NCBI GenBank assembly: GCA_963668025.2
Contig: CAXXTH010000017.1
Location: 1,120,001-1,184,000 of the forward strand
DNA: 64,000 bases
Direction: 5' to 3'
Source of the DNA: Candidatus Hydrogenedentota bacterium
GTDB taxonomy: Bacteria > Hydrogenedentota > Hydrogenedentia > Hydrogenedentales > SLHB01
Within the stretch, counting starts at the first letter, position 1. Every line of letters starts with the position of its first letter. The notes beneath the pieces were generated by a model. That model did not search any database, had not been told where the DNA came from, and was given only the letters and a program-made list of their open reading frames with translations. This document shows, in pieces, positions 27,238-36,613 of this stretch. Both the position numbers and the translations under genes were made by a program.

Positions 27238-29619
27238 TTATTCCAGCCCCCGCGTGAAGTTCATCATGGTTTCCTGCTGGGGCTCATAACCGGCCTTTGC
27301 TTCTAGTATGTTTCGCATACGTTTGATTCCATCCGTAAAGGATAAATCATACAAGAGGCCGCCCAAGCCGCGTTGGGCATAGTCACCCGCCAGGTGGCGC
27401 AAGGAGAGAGGGCGCACAGGCATGACATGCAGGAGCTCGCCTTGGCGCTCCATGCGGAGCTGTTCGCCCGGCTCCGTTAAGCGCAGCCGCATAATGCCCG
27501 CAGGGCCTGGCGCGCGGGATTGGAACAGCGGGATGGGGCCATAGACGGTGAGGGCAAGCCGGCTGGCTGTTCCAAGGGCGAGCAATTCATCCAGGTTTTC
27601 CGCATCGCCTTCCATGGCATAAGAGGCCATGGATGCGCCCATTTCCATGAGTTGTTCCAGGCAGGCGCGGTTGAGGCATCCGATGGCTGGGGACACGAGC
27701 ATAAACAGCCGTTTGCGGCCCGTGGCGTGAAGCATATGAAAATGGGATAGATTCGAGACTTCAAAGCGGCGCACGCCCAGATCGAGCGCGCGTTTGAGCC
27801 AAGCCGCTTCCTGTTTCCGCGCTTCCGTCCGGAACGAAAACGTGGGCAGGGCGAGCAGGAGGGTGTCGCGCATGCCGGGACGCAGCAAAAACCGCTGGAA
27901 TTCGGGATGGCCCACGGCATCTAGGGGCAGAATGGCGGCAAAAGGCGGGGCGGTTTCTTCTTGTGTATCAAATAATGCCTTGGCCTCCTGAAGGCCCAGG
28001 AAGCGTACGAAGCGTTCCGTATACGCTTCGGCTGGGGCGGCAGGCAAAGGCCTGGATATCTCCTCTTGAATCTCCGAAAACTGCGCATCCAAGCGCTCGA
28101 TTATGTTGCATATCACGCTGGTTCGCAGCGCCTCCACTTCCTCGACAGTCATAGGCAAATCATCGGTGTCTGCATCGGCGGCCGCTTCGATGCGTATCGG
28201 ATACGCTTCATCCTCCATGCTCAGGAGCCGGACGGCTTCGGCTGGGGAAAGAGAGGATTCCCATGAAGCGGCATGCTTGATGGAAAGGGGTGCGCCGCCT
28301 GCTTCCACATGAATGAGCACCTCGCCACGCGGGTTCAATTCGAGCCGCGCGGGAAACACGGCGCGCGATGGGCGTACGATTTCCGCCTGCCACCGTTCGA
28401 AGCGCTTTGTCGCGCCGCGCTCGACGGCATCCGCGTCAGCGGCTTTGACGATAATGGAACCGGCTGGGACGTGAAAGGGCGCTTCCAGTTCAATGCGGCG
28501 GCCCGGGCGGCAGCGTTTGACCGTACGGCCATCAATATAGATATTGCGCACGACAAAGCCTTTGGGGGCTTCATCGCGAGCGGTCTGAATGCGCAGGCGG
28601 TCGCCCGCTTTCACCATGCTGCTGGGCACGAGGGCGAACCGGCCCGGGCCCGCGTATTGGGCTTCGCCCAAGGTGCGGCCCGACTGGGTTTCACCGCCGC
28701 CCAGTAAACGGCTGGGAGTTGGCGAGAGATAATAGCCCGTGCTGGGTTCCCGGCCGACGGCGACATCCAGGCGGTTCCGGGCCTCCTCAATCACTTCGCG
28801 GGTAATCCGTGGAAACGCATCTATGAGAATACGGTAGGCCTTCACGATTTGGGCGATGGTCTCGGCGGGTTTAAGGCGGCCCTCGATTTTAAATGAGCGG
28901 ATGCCCGCCGAGATAAGCTGGGCGAGAATCGGGGCGGCCTCGAGATCATGCATCGAGAAGCAGGCGGATTCTTCGCTGTTTTCCGTTTCGTATAAGCGGC
29001 GGCAAGGCTGGGAACAGCGCCCGCGATTGGCGCTTTTGCCATGGGCGTAGCTGCTGAATAGGCATTGGCCAGAAATGGAGTAGCAGAGCGCGCCGTGAAT
29101 AAAGGTTTCCAGTTCCATCGTGCAGGCGCCCCGTATGGCGCGTATCTCGTCAAGCGTGAGTTCTCGTGCGAGAATCACGCGCTCGAAGCCCATGCATTGC
29201 GCCTGTAACGCGCCATCCAGGTTGTGGATGGTCATCTGCGTCGAAGCGTGTAACGGAAGCTCGGGAGCCATGCGCCGCACCAAGCGATAAACGCCCAGAT
29301 CCTGGATAATCAGCGCATCCGGCCCCATGCGGCGCAAGTCATCAATCAGTTCGATAAGCTCCGGCAGTTCTTGCTGCTTGATGAGGGTATTGAGCGTAGT
29401 GTACACCTTGCGCCCCTTCTCGTGCGCCCAGGCGATCATGAACGGCAAGTCATCGAGCGTGAAATTCTGTGCGCGCATCCGCGCATTGAAGTTTTGCACG
29501 CCGAGATACACGGCGTCCGCCCCCGCCTCGATGGCGGCGTAGAAGGTTTCCATGCGGCCGGCGGGAGCCAGCAGCTCAGGTTTTTGCTTAGGAGCTGCAA
29601 AGGTTTTTCTGTCTAGCAT
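27238..29619 (-). CDS. U32 peptidase family protein (RlhA/TrhP-like)
   Basis: PELLAPAG, GADAVYLG, HASTQM, HGALCYSISGQC, ANRGRCSQPCR, KIEGRLK. Confidence 0.9.
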   Translation of the reverse strand: MLDRKTFAAPKQKPELLAPAGRMETFYAAIEAGADAVYLGVQNFNARMRAQNFTLDDLPFMIAWAHEKGRKVYTTLNTLIKQQELPELIELIDDLRRMGPDALIIQDLGVYRLVRRMAPELPLHASTQMTIHNLDGALQAQCMGFERVILARELTLDEIRAIRGACTMELETFIHGALCYSISGQCLFSSYAHGKSANRGRCSQPCRRLYETENSEESACFSMHDLEAAPILAQLISAGIRSFKIEGRLKPAETIAQIVKAYRILIDAFPRITREVIEEARNRLDVAVGREPSTGYYLSPTPSRLLGGGETQSGRTLGEAQYAGPGRFALVPSSMVKAGDRLRIQTARDEAPKGFVVRNIYIDGRTVKRCRPGRRIELEAPFHVPAGSIIVKAADADAVERGATKRFERWQAEIVRPSRAVFPARLELNPRGEVLIHVEAGGAPLSIKHAASWESSLSPAEAVRLLSMEDEAYPIRIEAAADADTDDLPMTVEEVEALRTSVICNIIERLDAQFSEIQEEISRPLPAAPAEAYTERFVRFLGLQEAKALFDTQEETAPPFAAILPLDAVGHPEFQRFLLRPGMRDTLLLALPTFSFRTEARKQEAAWLKRALDLGVRRFEVSNLSHFHMLHATGRKRLFMLVSPAIGCLNRACLEQLMEMGASMASYAMEGDAENLDELLALGTASRLALTVYGPIPLFQSRAPGPAGIMRLRLTEPGEQLRMERQGELLHVMPVRPLSLRHLAGDYAQRGLGGLLYDLSFTDGIKRMRNILEAKAGYEPQQETMMNFTRGLE

Positions 29620-29719
29620 GTTTCAATCCATGTCCTTTTCCGCCAGTATACGGGGTGTCCGGCGCGGGCACAACATCAAGGAGTTGCGCGCCCTGGATGC
29701 GGAGAGGTATCGTGGGGGT

Positions 29720-30583
29720 ATGAGGAAACAGGACTGGATCATAATAATAGCAGTGGTGGCTTTTTTGGTCATCATTTCCGTTGTCATGAAATTCGGAAGC
29801 GTAACGGAGCGTGGCGTAATTAATACAAAACCATTTCGTGCTCAAAGCGGTAAAATGCGCGATAATGTCATGCCTATGGTGTCCAAGACGCAAGAAGAGT
29901 TTTCGGATGTTCAAGTAGAAACGCCAACAGAGAATCCCCCTGAAGAAGACGATACGGAGCAGCCGCTGAATATTACCGTGCATGAATCCGTCATTGCGGA
30001 AGCAGCCCAGTTGGCCTTGGACAATCCCATCCCGGAGGATGGCATTAACGATATAGAAAAACGGCTTGCGGAGCAGCACGACTCCGCTGAAGAATCCGAC
30101 ATGAACCAGGCTTTGGCGATGTTGCGTTTGCGCGTAATACCCGCCCAGGCCGATAAAGCGGAAGAAGCCGCCAAGAAAGCCGCGGAAACGGCCCGTACGC
30201 CAGAAGAACGCTTGCGAGCGGTGTTTGTGGAGGCTACTATCCAGCAATTCCGGGGCGACAACGAAGAAGCCCGGAAACGCATTCAAGAAGCGCTGGCGCG
30301 CGATCCCGAGACTACCCTTCCATCCCTCAAACTGCGCCTGCTCGATGCCAGCTTGGCGGCTCAAACGGGGGATGTAAATGGCGCTATGGAAGCCTGCCGC
30401 CGCGTCATGGCGCAGTCAAGCGAAGTGGCTCCAGAAGCCCAGGCTGCCGCCCGGGATAGTTACCGCTTGGCGGCGCTCAAACTGACACGCCTATTGCGCG
30501 GCCAAGGCCGGACTGTAGAAGCCGATGAGCTGGCGGAAGCGGTGAAGAAGCAGTTATCACCTTCGAATGAATCCCTGCCTTGA
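29720..30583 (+). CDS. membrane-anchored TPR-like protein
   Basis: N-terminal TM helix, acidic linker, Ala-rich helical repeats. Confidence 0.7.
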   Translation: MRKQDWIIIIAVVAFLVIISVVMKFGSVTERGVINTKPFRAQSGKMRDNVMPMVSKTQEEFSDVQVETPTENPPEEDDTEQPLNITVHESVIAEAAQLALDNPIPEDGINDIEKRLAEQHDSAEESDMNQALAMLRLRVIPAQADKAEEAAKKAAETARTPEERLRAVFVEATIQQFRGDNEEARKRIQEALARDPETTLPSLKLRLLDASLAAQTGDVNGAMEACRRVMAQSSEVAPEAQAAARDSYRLAALKLTRLLRGQGRTVEADELAEAVKKQLSPSNESLP

Positions 30584-30594
30584 TGTCCCGATGA

Positions 30595-32958
30595 TTAGGG
30601 ACTGCGCGCGGCGTTAAAATGCAACGCGCCTTCTTTGAATGTAAGCGAGATTCCTCCATCAAGGTCCGTGCGGAACACCTTGGCGCCTTGCTGTGCATAG
30701 CGGGCGGCAATAGCCGGATCGGCAGGTTCCCGGCCAGAGGTTCCACCTGAGGAAATGATGGCGCATTGGGGCGCAACCGCTTGAATGAATCCCATCGTAC
30801 TTGAGGTCCGGGAACCGTGATGGGGAACTTTAATAACGTTGGCGCGGATATCGAATGAACGGAGCGCGGATTCGGCGCGTGCCTCGATATCTCCCGTGAG
30901 CAAGACCCGGAAGCATCCCCCTGGAGCCGACGCATCTGGCCATACTAGCCGGAGCACCAGCGAAGCATCATTTATGCTATCCATGAGAGGCCAGCCAAGC
31001 GGCGGATGCAGCACTTCCATATAGGCCCCTGATAATGGGATGGTATCGCCGCGAGATAACAATTTCACGGGCGTATGTTGCTCGGCACATTGCTCAATCA
31101 ATTGCTGCACGAGTTTTGGCTGGGATTCGGCATAGCCGATAAAGACTGTTCCCACAGGAATTTGTTCCATAACGGAGAACAGCCCGCCGATGTGGTCGCG
31201 GTCGCCATGGGAAACAAAGACATAATCGAGCCTATCCACGCCGTTTGCACGTAAGAATGGAACGATATCGCGCGAACCGGCGTCCACGTATTCTGAACAG
31301 TCTCCGCCGTCCACAAGGGCTGTTGCGCCACCTGGCGTATGGATGAAGGTGGCGTCGCCATGGCCGACATCCAAAAACACCAACCCCGCCGGAGGAGCTG
31401 CTGTTATCCATGCAAGCAGATATGCGCCAGCCAGCCCGCCAGCCGCCACCCATCGTACTCGGGGCCATGGAATACGAAATGGCGGCGCTAACCCAAGAAA
31501 TACGGCCCCGTAGAAAGGAATTAGAGCCAGCCAGGAAGGGCTGGATATGCCAAAATGATTACCAGGGGTGGATGAAACGGCCGCCGCCGTATATCGGATT
31601 AACGCCACGACGGGCTCCAGCGCCTGGCCAAACAAAGAGGCCGCTGGTTCACAAACAAGCACCGTTAATGTCGCAAGCAAGGAAAGCCATAGCGCTGCGC
31701 CAAGCAAGGGGACGATAACCAAATTGGCTAAAGGAGCGAGTAGGGGAATTACATGAAACGCATGCACCGCGATGGGAAACGGAAGCACTTGCACCGCCAG
31801 TGAGGTGGCCAGCGGCTTGCGAAGGATGCCGGGCAGCACGGCCATGCGCCCTAAAGACCGTTCGGCGAAGAGCAGGATCGAGGCCACGCTCAAAAATGAA
31901 AGCTGGAAATCTGTTCCAAAAAGCGACAGCGGATTCATTAATAAAAGCGCAATGGCCGCTACGGCCAGCGCATTTGGCGTGTCGCGCTCGCGCCCAATCA
32001 AGTCGGCTGCAAGGTATAGGCATACCATGAAGACCGCGCGTAGCGCAGAGACACGCGCTCCGGATAACAGCGCAAACGCGCATAGAAACGCCATAACAAC
32101 ATACGCGCGGGCCTTTCGATGCGTGATCAGTATGCGAAGAAGCCACTCCACGCTCATAAAAACGATCCCCACATGGATGCCGGAGACCGCCAGGATGTGA
32201 GCCGTCCCAGTGTTGATATAGTGTTGGTATTCTTCCCCGCCCACACTACCGCGTTCTCCCAGCCAGATGGCGCAGATAAAAGGAAGTATGTTTGGCGGGA
32301 CAATATGCGCAAGCTTGGCGGCGATGGCGGCGCGAAGCCGGGATGCCCCATGGCGGGGCGGCCACCAGGAGTCTTCGCTCATGCGCTCCACCGAACTAGC
32401 GCCCCATGCGCGCAAAACACCCTCGACCCCTTGGCGGCGGTAGTAATCTTCCACGCCGGAAACACCGGGATTCGTATGCCCGATGGACGGGGAATAGCGG
32501 CCTCGAATGCGGAGATGCTCTCCCGCACGCACCCAAAACGCGGGCTTGTTCCATTGGACACGCAGGCCGCCGTTCACCTCTTCCTCATGCGAGCCGATCC
32601 GTGCATGATTTGTATCAAGGATGAACCAACAAGGCTGGTTTGGTTCGATGTTCAAACTGACCTCGCGCACGACGCCTTCGAATTCGGCGAACTCCCGTCC
32701 AGATGCGGTATTCATGGATGGCAGCCTATTCTGGGCCAGATACTGGGATTGCGCCCATTCACGTGCGCCACCGGCGGCGATGAGGCAAAGGACCACGCTC
32801 AAGGCGCGCAGGAAGGGATGGAAGCGATGCCACACCGCGCAGCAGATTCCCGCCAGGCTAAGGATAAAAATGCCTGGGAGCCGGGCGCTAGGAAAAAGCG
32901 TGGCGAGCAGCACTCCGCTGGCCAAGGCAAGGGCGGCAAGGACAAGGGGCCGTTTCAT
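30595..32958 (-). CDS. comEC: DNA uptake competence protein ComEC/Rec2
   Basis: GTAHILAVSGIHVG, FQLSF, FLDVGHGDA, SHGDRDHIGG, KVPHHGS. Confidence 0.94.
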   Translation of the reverse strand: MKRPLVLAALALASGVLLATLFPSARLPGIFILSLAGICCAVWHRFHPFLRALSVVLCLIAAGGAREWAQSQYLAQNRLPSMNTASGREFAEFEGVVREVSLNIEPNQPCWFILDTNHARIGSHEEEVNGGLRVQWNKPAFWVRAGEHLRIRGRYSPSIGHTNPGVSGVEDYYRRQGVEGVLRAWGASSVERMSEDSWWPPRHGASRLRAAIAAKLAHIVPPNILPFICAIWLGERGSVGGEEYQHYINTGTAHILAVSGIHVGIVFMSVEWLLRILITHRKARAYVVMAFLCAFALLSGARVSALRAVFMVCLYLAADLIGRERDTPNALAVAAIALLLMNPLSLFGTDFQLSFLSVASILLFAERSLGRMAVLPGILRKPLATSLAVQVLPFPIAVHAFHVIPLLAPLANLVIVPLLGAALWLSLLATLTVLVCEPAASLFGQALEPVVALIRYTAAAVSSTPGNHFGISSPSWLALIPFYGAVFLGLAPPFRIPWPRVRWVAAGGLAGAYLLAWITAAPPAGLVFLDVGHGDATFIHTPGGATALVDGGDCSEYVDAGSRDIVPFLRANGVDRLDYVFVSHGDRDHIGGLFSVMEQIPVGTVFIGYAESQPKLVQQLIEQCAEQHTPVKLLSRGDTIPLSGAYMEVLHPPLGWPLMDSINDASLVLRLVWPDASAPGGCFRVLLTGDIEARAESALRSFDIRANVIKVPHHGSRTSSTMGFIQAVAPQCAIISSGGTSGREPADPAIAARYAQQGAKVFRTDLDGGISLTFKEGALHFNAARSP

Positions 32959-32977
32959 CCAGACCTCCTGCTCATCT

Positions 32978-33020
32978 AAACAAAGGACCCCCCGCGGTTG
33001 GTACTCCGCGGAGGGCCCTT
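32978..33020 (-). terminator. probable intrinsic terminator after the outer-membrane barrel gene
   Basis: GC-rich stem CCGCGG...CCGCGG with TTTGTTT on the minus strand. Confidence 0.5.
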
Positions 33021-33082
33021 GTAGTCAGCTGCCATCTTTGTTCCGCCCACGTTACACGGCCGGAACCTTCACCAAACACACC

Positions 33083-34645
33083 TTAGAAGGCAAGCTTGGT
33101 CTCGACGAAGAAGTAATTCGGGTCGTCATCGCCAGCACCACCCGTGAAGCCAAGGCCGTTAAAGACCGAGAAGGCGCCGTCCGTCAGGCCTTCGCCAGCG
33201 AACAGGTGCGAGTAACCGGCTTTGAACGAAAGGTCTTCCGTGTAGTGGTAGGTCGCATACAGGCCGACTTCCCAGCCAAGTTCGTTGTCATTTTCGGTCG
33301 TAGCATAGGAGCGAACCGGCATGAGCGGGATGCGGAAACCGCCGAAATCCCAATATACCGGCGAATCAAACTCTTCCTGAGCCAGGAAGTAGGACACGGA
33401 CAGCAACAATTCGATGCTCTCGGTCGGCATAGCTTTTACGCTGCCATGGAACACATGAGCATTGCTCAGGTCGGTGCTATCAAGGAAATCACTGTACTCG
33501 ACATTCGAGAACAAGCGGTTGAAGCTAATGCTTGCTTTCGGCTTGTCAAAGGGCGAAATCCACTCGAGCCAGCTAATGTCGCGGTTGTCTTCACCACCAA
33601 GATAGGCATAACCCAAGCAAACACGCGGCTGCCAGGCGATGTCAAAGGTGTAACCGACGTCCAGATTGGCGCCCCATGTGCCGAAATCAGCGCCATCGTC
33701 ACCATACAGGAACGGCGCGAAATTCCAACCAACAGCAGAGGCATTGCCCCACTGATACGCAACTTCAGCATCAAAATCAAAGGCACCAATCGTGCCGGCT
33801 CCGCGGAGGCCGATGGTGTTCAGGTTGGTTACGTCGTAATCATCGACGCCGATCCAATTCTCGACGGTTTCAGGCCACCACGAGAAGTTGGTGTCATTAA
33901 AGCTGCGAGCGTCACGAACGAGCATGTAGTACGCATCAATCGTGATGTCTTCAAGGCCTAAATAGCTGCCATACAAGGCGTAGAAGTCGACGTCGCCGTC
34001 TTCTTCCGCCAAGCCGCTTTCAGCAAGCTTCGCCGCGATGGCGTCTACGCTGAACATATCGGTGGCATAGGTCAAGCGCAACGCGTCAAAGGACAAACCC
34101 GTGAAGTTCGACGCGGTGTCATTCACGCCCACGAGCCATTGGCTGCCCAATTTGATCTCTTGACGGCCAACGCGAGCGCGAAGCGGCATGCCCCACATCT
34201 CATTGGCTTCGATGTAACCCTGGTAAAGGGAAACGTCGTCATTCGCATCATTCTGGCGGAAGTCCGCGCCCGAGATGTAGTTCGAGCGGAAGTCTTCACC
34301 ATAGATGTCATAGCTGTCCATCTCGATGTATGCACTTACTTCATCCGTAAAATCCGCTTTCACGTTCAAGCGCGTGCGCTGTTCCGTAAATTTAAGCGAA
34401 TTGCCGTCCGCATCCCACGCAAATTGAGAGAGGATGCCCGTGCCGCGCCCGCCAATGGGACGGCCTTGAAGCCAGCCATTTGGCCACGCAACAGCGAAAC
34501 CGTTCGGCGACGCATACACCGAATCCACATAATTGTAGCGGATTTGAATCTCGCCGCCCACCTGTACGTTCTGCAATTCAGCGAACGCAGGCACTGCGGT
34601 GACGATCATAGCCGCAGCGAGTAAGAACATTATACTTGTACGCAT
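33083..34645 (-). CDS. alginate-export family outer-membrane beta-barrel protein
   Basis: signal peptide, EQRTRL, RVGRQEI, GLSFDALRL, C-terminal Phe. Confidence 0.82.
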   Translation of the reverse strand: MRTSIMFLLAAAMIVTAVPAFAELQNVQVGGEIQIRYNYVDSVYASPNGFAVAWPNGWLQGRPIGGRGTGILSQFAWDADGNSLKFTEQRTRLNVKADFTDEVSAYIEMDSYDIYGEDFRSNYISGADFRQNDANDDVSLYQGYIEANEMWGMPLRARVGRQEIKLGSQWLVGVNDTASNFTGLSFDALRLTYATDMFSVDAIAAKLAESGLAEEDGDVDFYALYGSYLGLEDITIDAYYMLVRDARSFNDTNFSWWPETVENWIGVDDYDVTNLNTIGLRGAGTIGAFDFDAEVAYQWGNASAVGWNFAPFLYGDDGADFGTWGANLDVGYTFDIAWQPRVCLGYAYLGGEDNRDISWLEWISPFDKPKASISFNRLFSNVEYSDFLDSTDLSNAHVFHGSVKAMPTESIELLLSVSYFLAQEEFDSPVYWDFGGFRIPLMPVRSYATTENDNELGWEVGLYATYHYTEDLSFKAGYSHLFAGEGLTDGAFSVFNGLGFTGGAGDDDPNYFFVETKLAF

Positions 34646-34887
34646 CGTGCGTAATCTCCTATCAAGTTTAACTCACCCCCGCAGGCCTATATACGCCTGC
34701 GGTCCAGTGGAGAAATCGACATTTATCTATAGACACATCGTGTTTTAACAGCCTCGGACTCTATAGCTCGGAACTCGCTTGCATCCCTCCTCTCTTGTCC
34801 GAAATGAGGCCATTAATGATGTTGTTGTCTGACGTTCCCCGTTAGGAATTCGTAGTGTAATGCTTCTTTCCCTTTATTTAGTTAGCA

Positions 34888-34916
34888 AATATAGCACCAT
34901 CGCCATAGGTTGTCAA
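34888..34916 (-). promoter_or_regulatory. sigma70 promoter with extended -10
   Basis: TTGACA-N17-TATATT with TG.; about 235-nt leader to ATG 34645. Confidence 0.65.
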
Positions 34917-34937
34917 GTAATTGTTCGCCTATTTCAG

Positions 34938-34983
34938 GCTGGCTCAGTTTCCAAACATACGCTGGCTCAGTTTCCAAACATAC
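34938..34983. repeat. perfect 23-bp tandem duplication
   Basis: GCTGGCTCAGTTTCCAAACATAC x2. Confidence 0.9.
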
Positions 34984-34995
34984 CAGTAGTTCGAG

Positions 34996-35604
34996 TTATT
35001 TCAACTCTGTTCCGCTTGCTTTCGGGGTGTCGCTTATCTCCACACGGGCGTTATCGAAATACGCCGGGCTCGAGGGCGAGCCGCCATGGCCGAGGGTAAT
35101 GGTAAAGGCCGTCTGGTCGGAATCCTTCGGCGCCTCGTACACAACCTGCAACCGGCGCCACTGCTTGTCCCCGGGGTGTTTTTCTCCATATATGGATTCG
35201 CCGCCAATCTGGATAATGAGATTGGGTTCAGAACCGGCGGCATAGGTGTCGGCATAAAACGTGATGGTTTTTCCCGCTAACGGTTTCCCGTAAAAGACGT
35301 CTTGCGAGACTTGGTTGTAATAATAAGGTGGAATAGTAGACAGCGAGGCGGTTCCACTCTTCACCGTGGTGCGGGAAGGCTCGATGGAATCCGGCAGCTC
35401 GGTTTTCCATCCCACGGGGGATTTGCCGTTCCATTCCTCGAAGCCGGGATTCACCAGTGCGGCTTCGTTAGGATTGCGCGAGGGCTCCTGCGCCGCTGGC
35501 GGCTGGCCCAGATTGGGCGGCGCGGCCACTTCGGGCGCTTTCGGCTGCATACACCCCGCCAAACTTGCCAGCACCAGCAGAGATATAGCCAGCATTCTAT
35601 TCAC
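34996..35604 (-). CDS. lipoprotein with carbohydrate-binding (CBM-like) domain
   Basis: LAGC lipobox, LVNPGFE.W...P.GW, AYFDN. Confidence 0.72.
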   Translation of the reverse strand: MNRMLAISLLVLASLAGCMQPKAPEVAAPPNLGQPPAAQEPSRNPNEAALVNPGFEEWNGKSPVGWKTELPDSIEPSRTTVKSGTASLSTIPPYYYNQVSQDVFYGKPLAGKTITFYADTYAAGSEPNLIIQIGGESIYGEKHPGDKQWRRLQVVYEAPKDSDQTAFTITLGHGGSPSSPAYFDNARVEISDTPKASGTELK

Positions 35605-35648
35605 GCTTCACCCCTCCTTGTTCGAGACCGATAAAGCCGCAGGCCGCC

Positions 35649-36230
35649 TTAATCTAGTTCATGGATGGAATGGATAATGCGCGCAATAAGGCCATATTCT
35701 TGCGCCTCTTTCGCGCTCATCCAGAAATTCCGGTCGCTGTCCGTTTGAATCTTTTCAACAGGATGGCCCGTTTCTTCAGCAATGAGCTGATTGAGCCGCT
35801 CCCGGATTTTGAGCAATTCTTGCGCCTCGATGCGTATATCCTGCAAATTGCCGCGCACGCCGCCGCTGGGCTGATGCAACAAAAAGCGGGTGTTCGGCAA
35901 TGCGGAACGATGCTCCTTTTTAGCCCCAAACATAATAGGAACAGCGATGCTGGCAACCCATCCGGCGCCAATTGCCTGCAAATCGGATTTGATGAAGCGC
36001 ATCACGTCCATGATAGCGAGACCCGAGTCCACATGCCCGCCTTGCGAGGAGACGATCACCCGAATAGGGTCATTCGATTCCGCATCCAGGACTAACAACG
36101 TGGATATTACGCGTTCCGCCAATTCTTGATCCACTTCGCCCGCCAACAGCAATGTGCGCGATTTTAAAAGCCGTTCGGCTACGCTGAAAGGCGCTTTGCC
36201 TTCTTCTTTATTCTCTTCAGGGCAACTCAT
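35649..36230 (-). CDS. clpP: ATP-dependent Clp protease proteolytic subunit (Asp-to-Asn variant)
   Basis: SQGG, VASIA, LLHQPSGG, DRNFWMSAKEAQEYGLI; start moved to ATG 36230. Confidence 0.9.
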   Translation of the reverse strand: MSCPEENKEEGKAPFSVAERLLKSRTLLLAGEVDQELAERVISTLLVLDAESNDPIRVIVSSQGGHVDSGLAIMDVMRFIKSDLQAIGAGWVASIAVPIMFGAKKEHRSALPNTRFLLHQPSGGVRGNLQDIRIEAQELLKIRERLNQLIAEETGHPVEKIQTDSDRNFWMSAKEAQEYGLIARIIHSIHELD

Positions 36231-36427
36231 GCGTCGTTCTCGCTCTCCGGGGTTGATTCCTATCACCCGCCACGGCGCGCATAGGCGCGGCGGCGCGCTG
36301 CAAACCCGTATTGTGCCATGCCTTCGAAGGAGGGTCAAGGCGCCGCACCCTTGCGAGGATAAAAGAGATGCCTGTAAGCATGTCGATACAAATAGCAATT
36401 CCACGACGCAGTCATGAACGTAGATCC

Positions 36428-36477
36428 CGTAGCATGGGCGTCCCGCCCATGCGCATGGCCGGGACGGCCATGCTACG
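36428..36477. repeat. REP doublet (REPIN-like), copy 2
   Basis: identical 48-bp core. Confidence 0.88.
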
Positions 36478-36613
36478 AGAACTGCATCTCTCTTTTCTCG
36501 TATCCGGCAATTTGAGCCGCACTGCGACGCATCATCCGTGGAGCAATATGGGCGCTCCCCGCCGCCCGCGCCAGGGATCGCGGGCGGGGGAGAGCGCCAG
36601 ATGGCAAGCCCCA

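Noticed and set aside
34938-34983. CRISPR array
   Set aside because: Only two abutting copies with no spacer; no cas genes; other repeats are dispersed, not regularly spaced.
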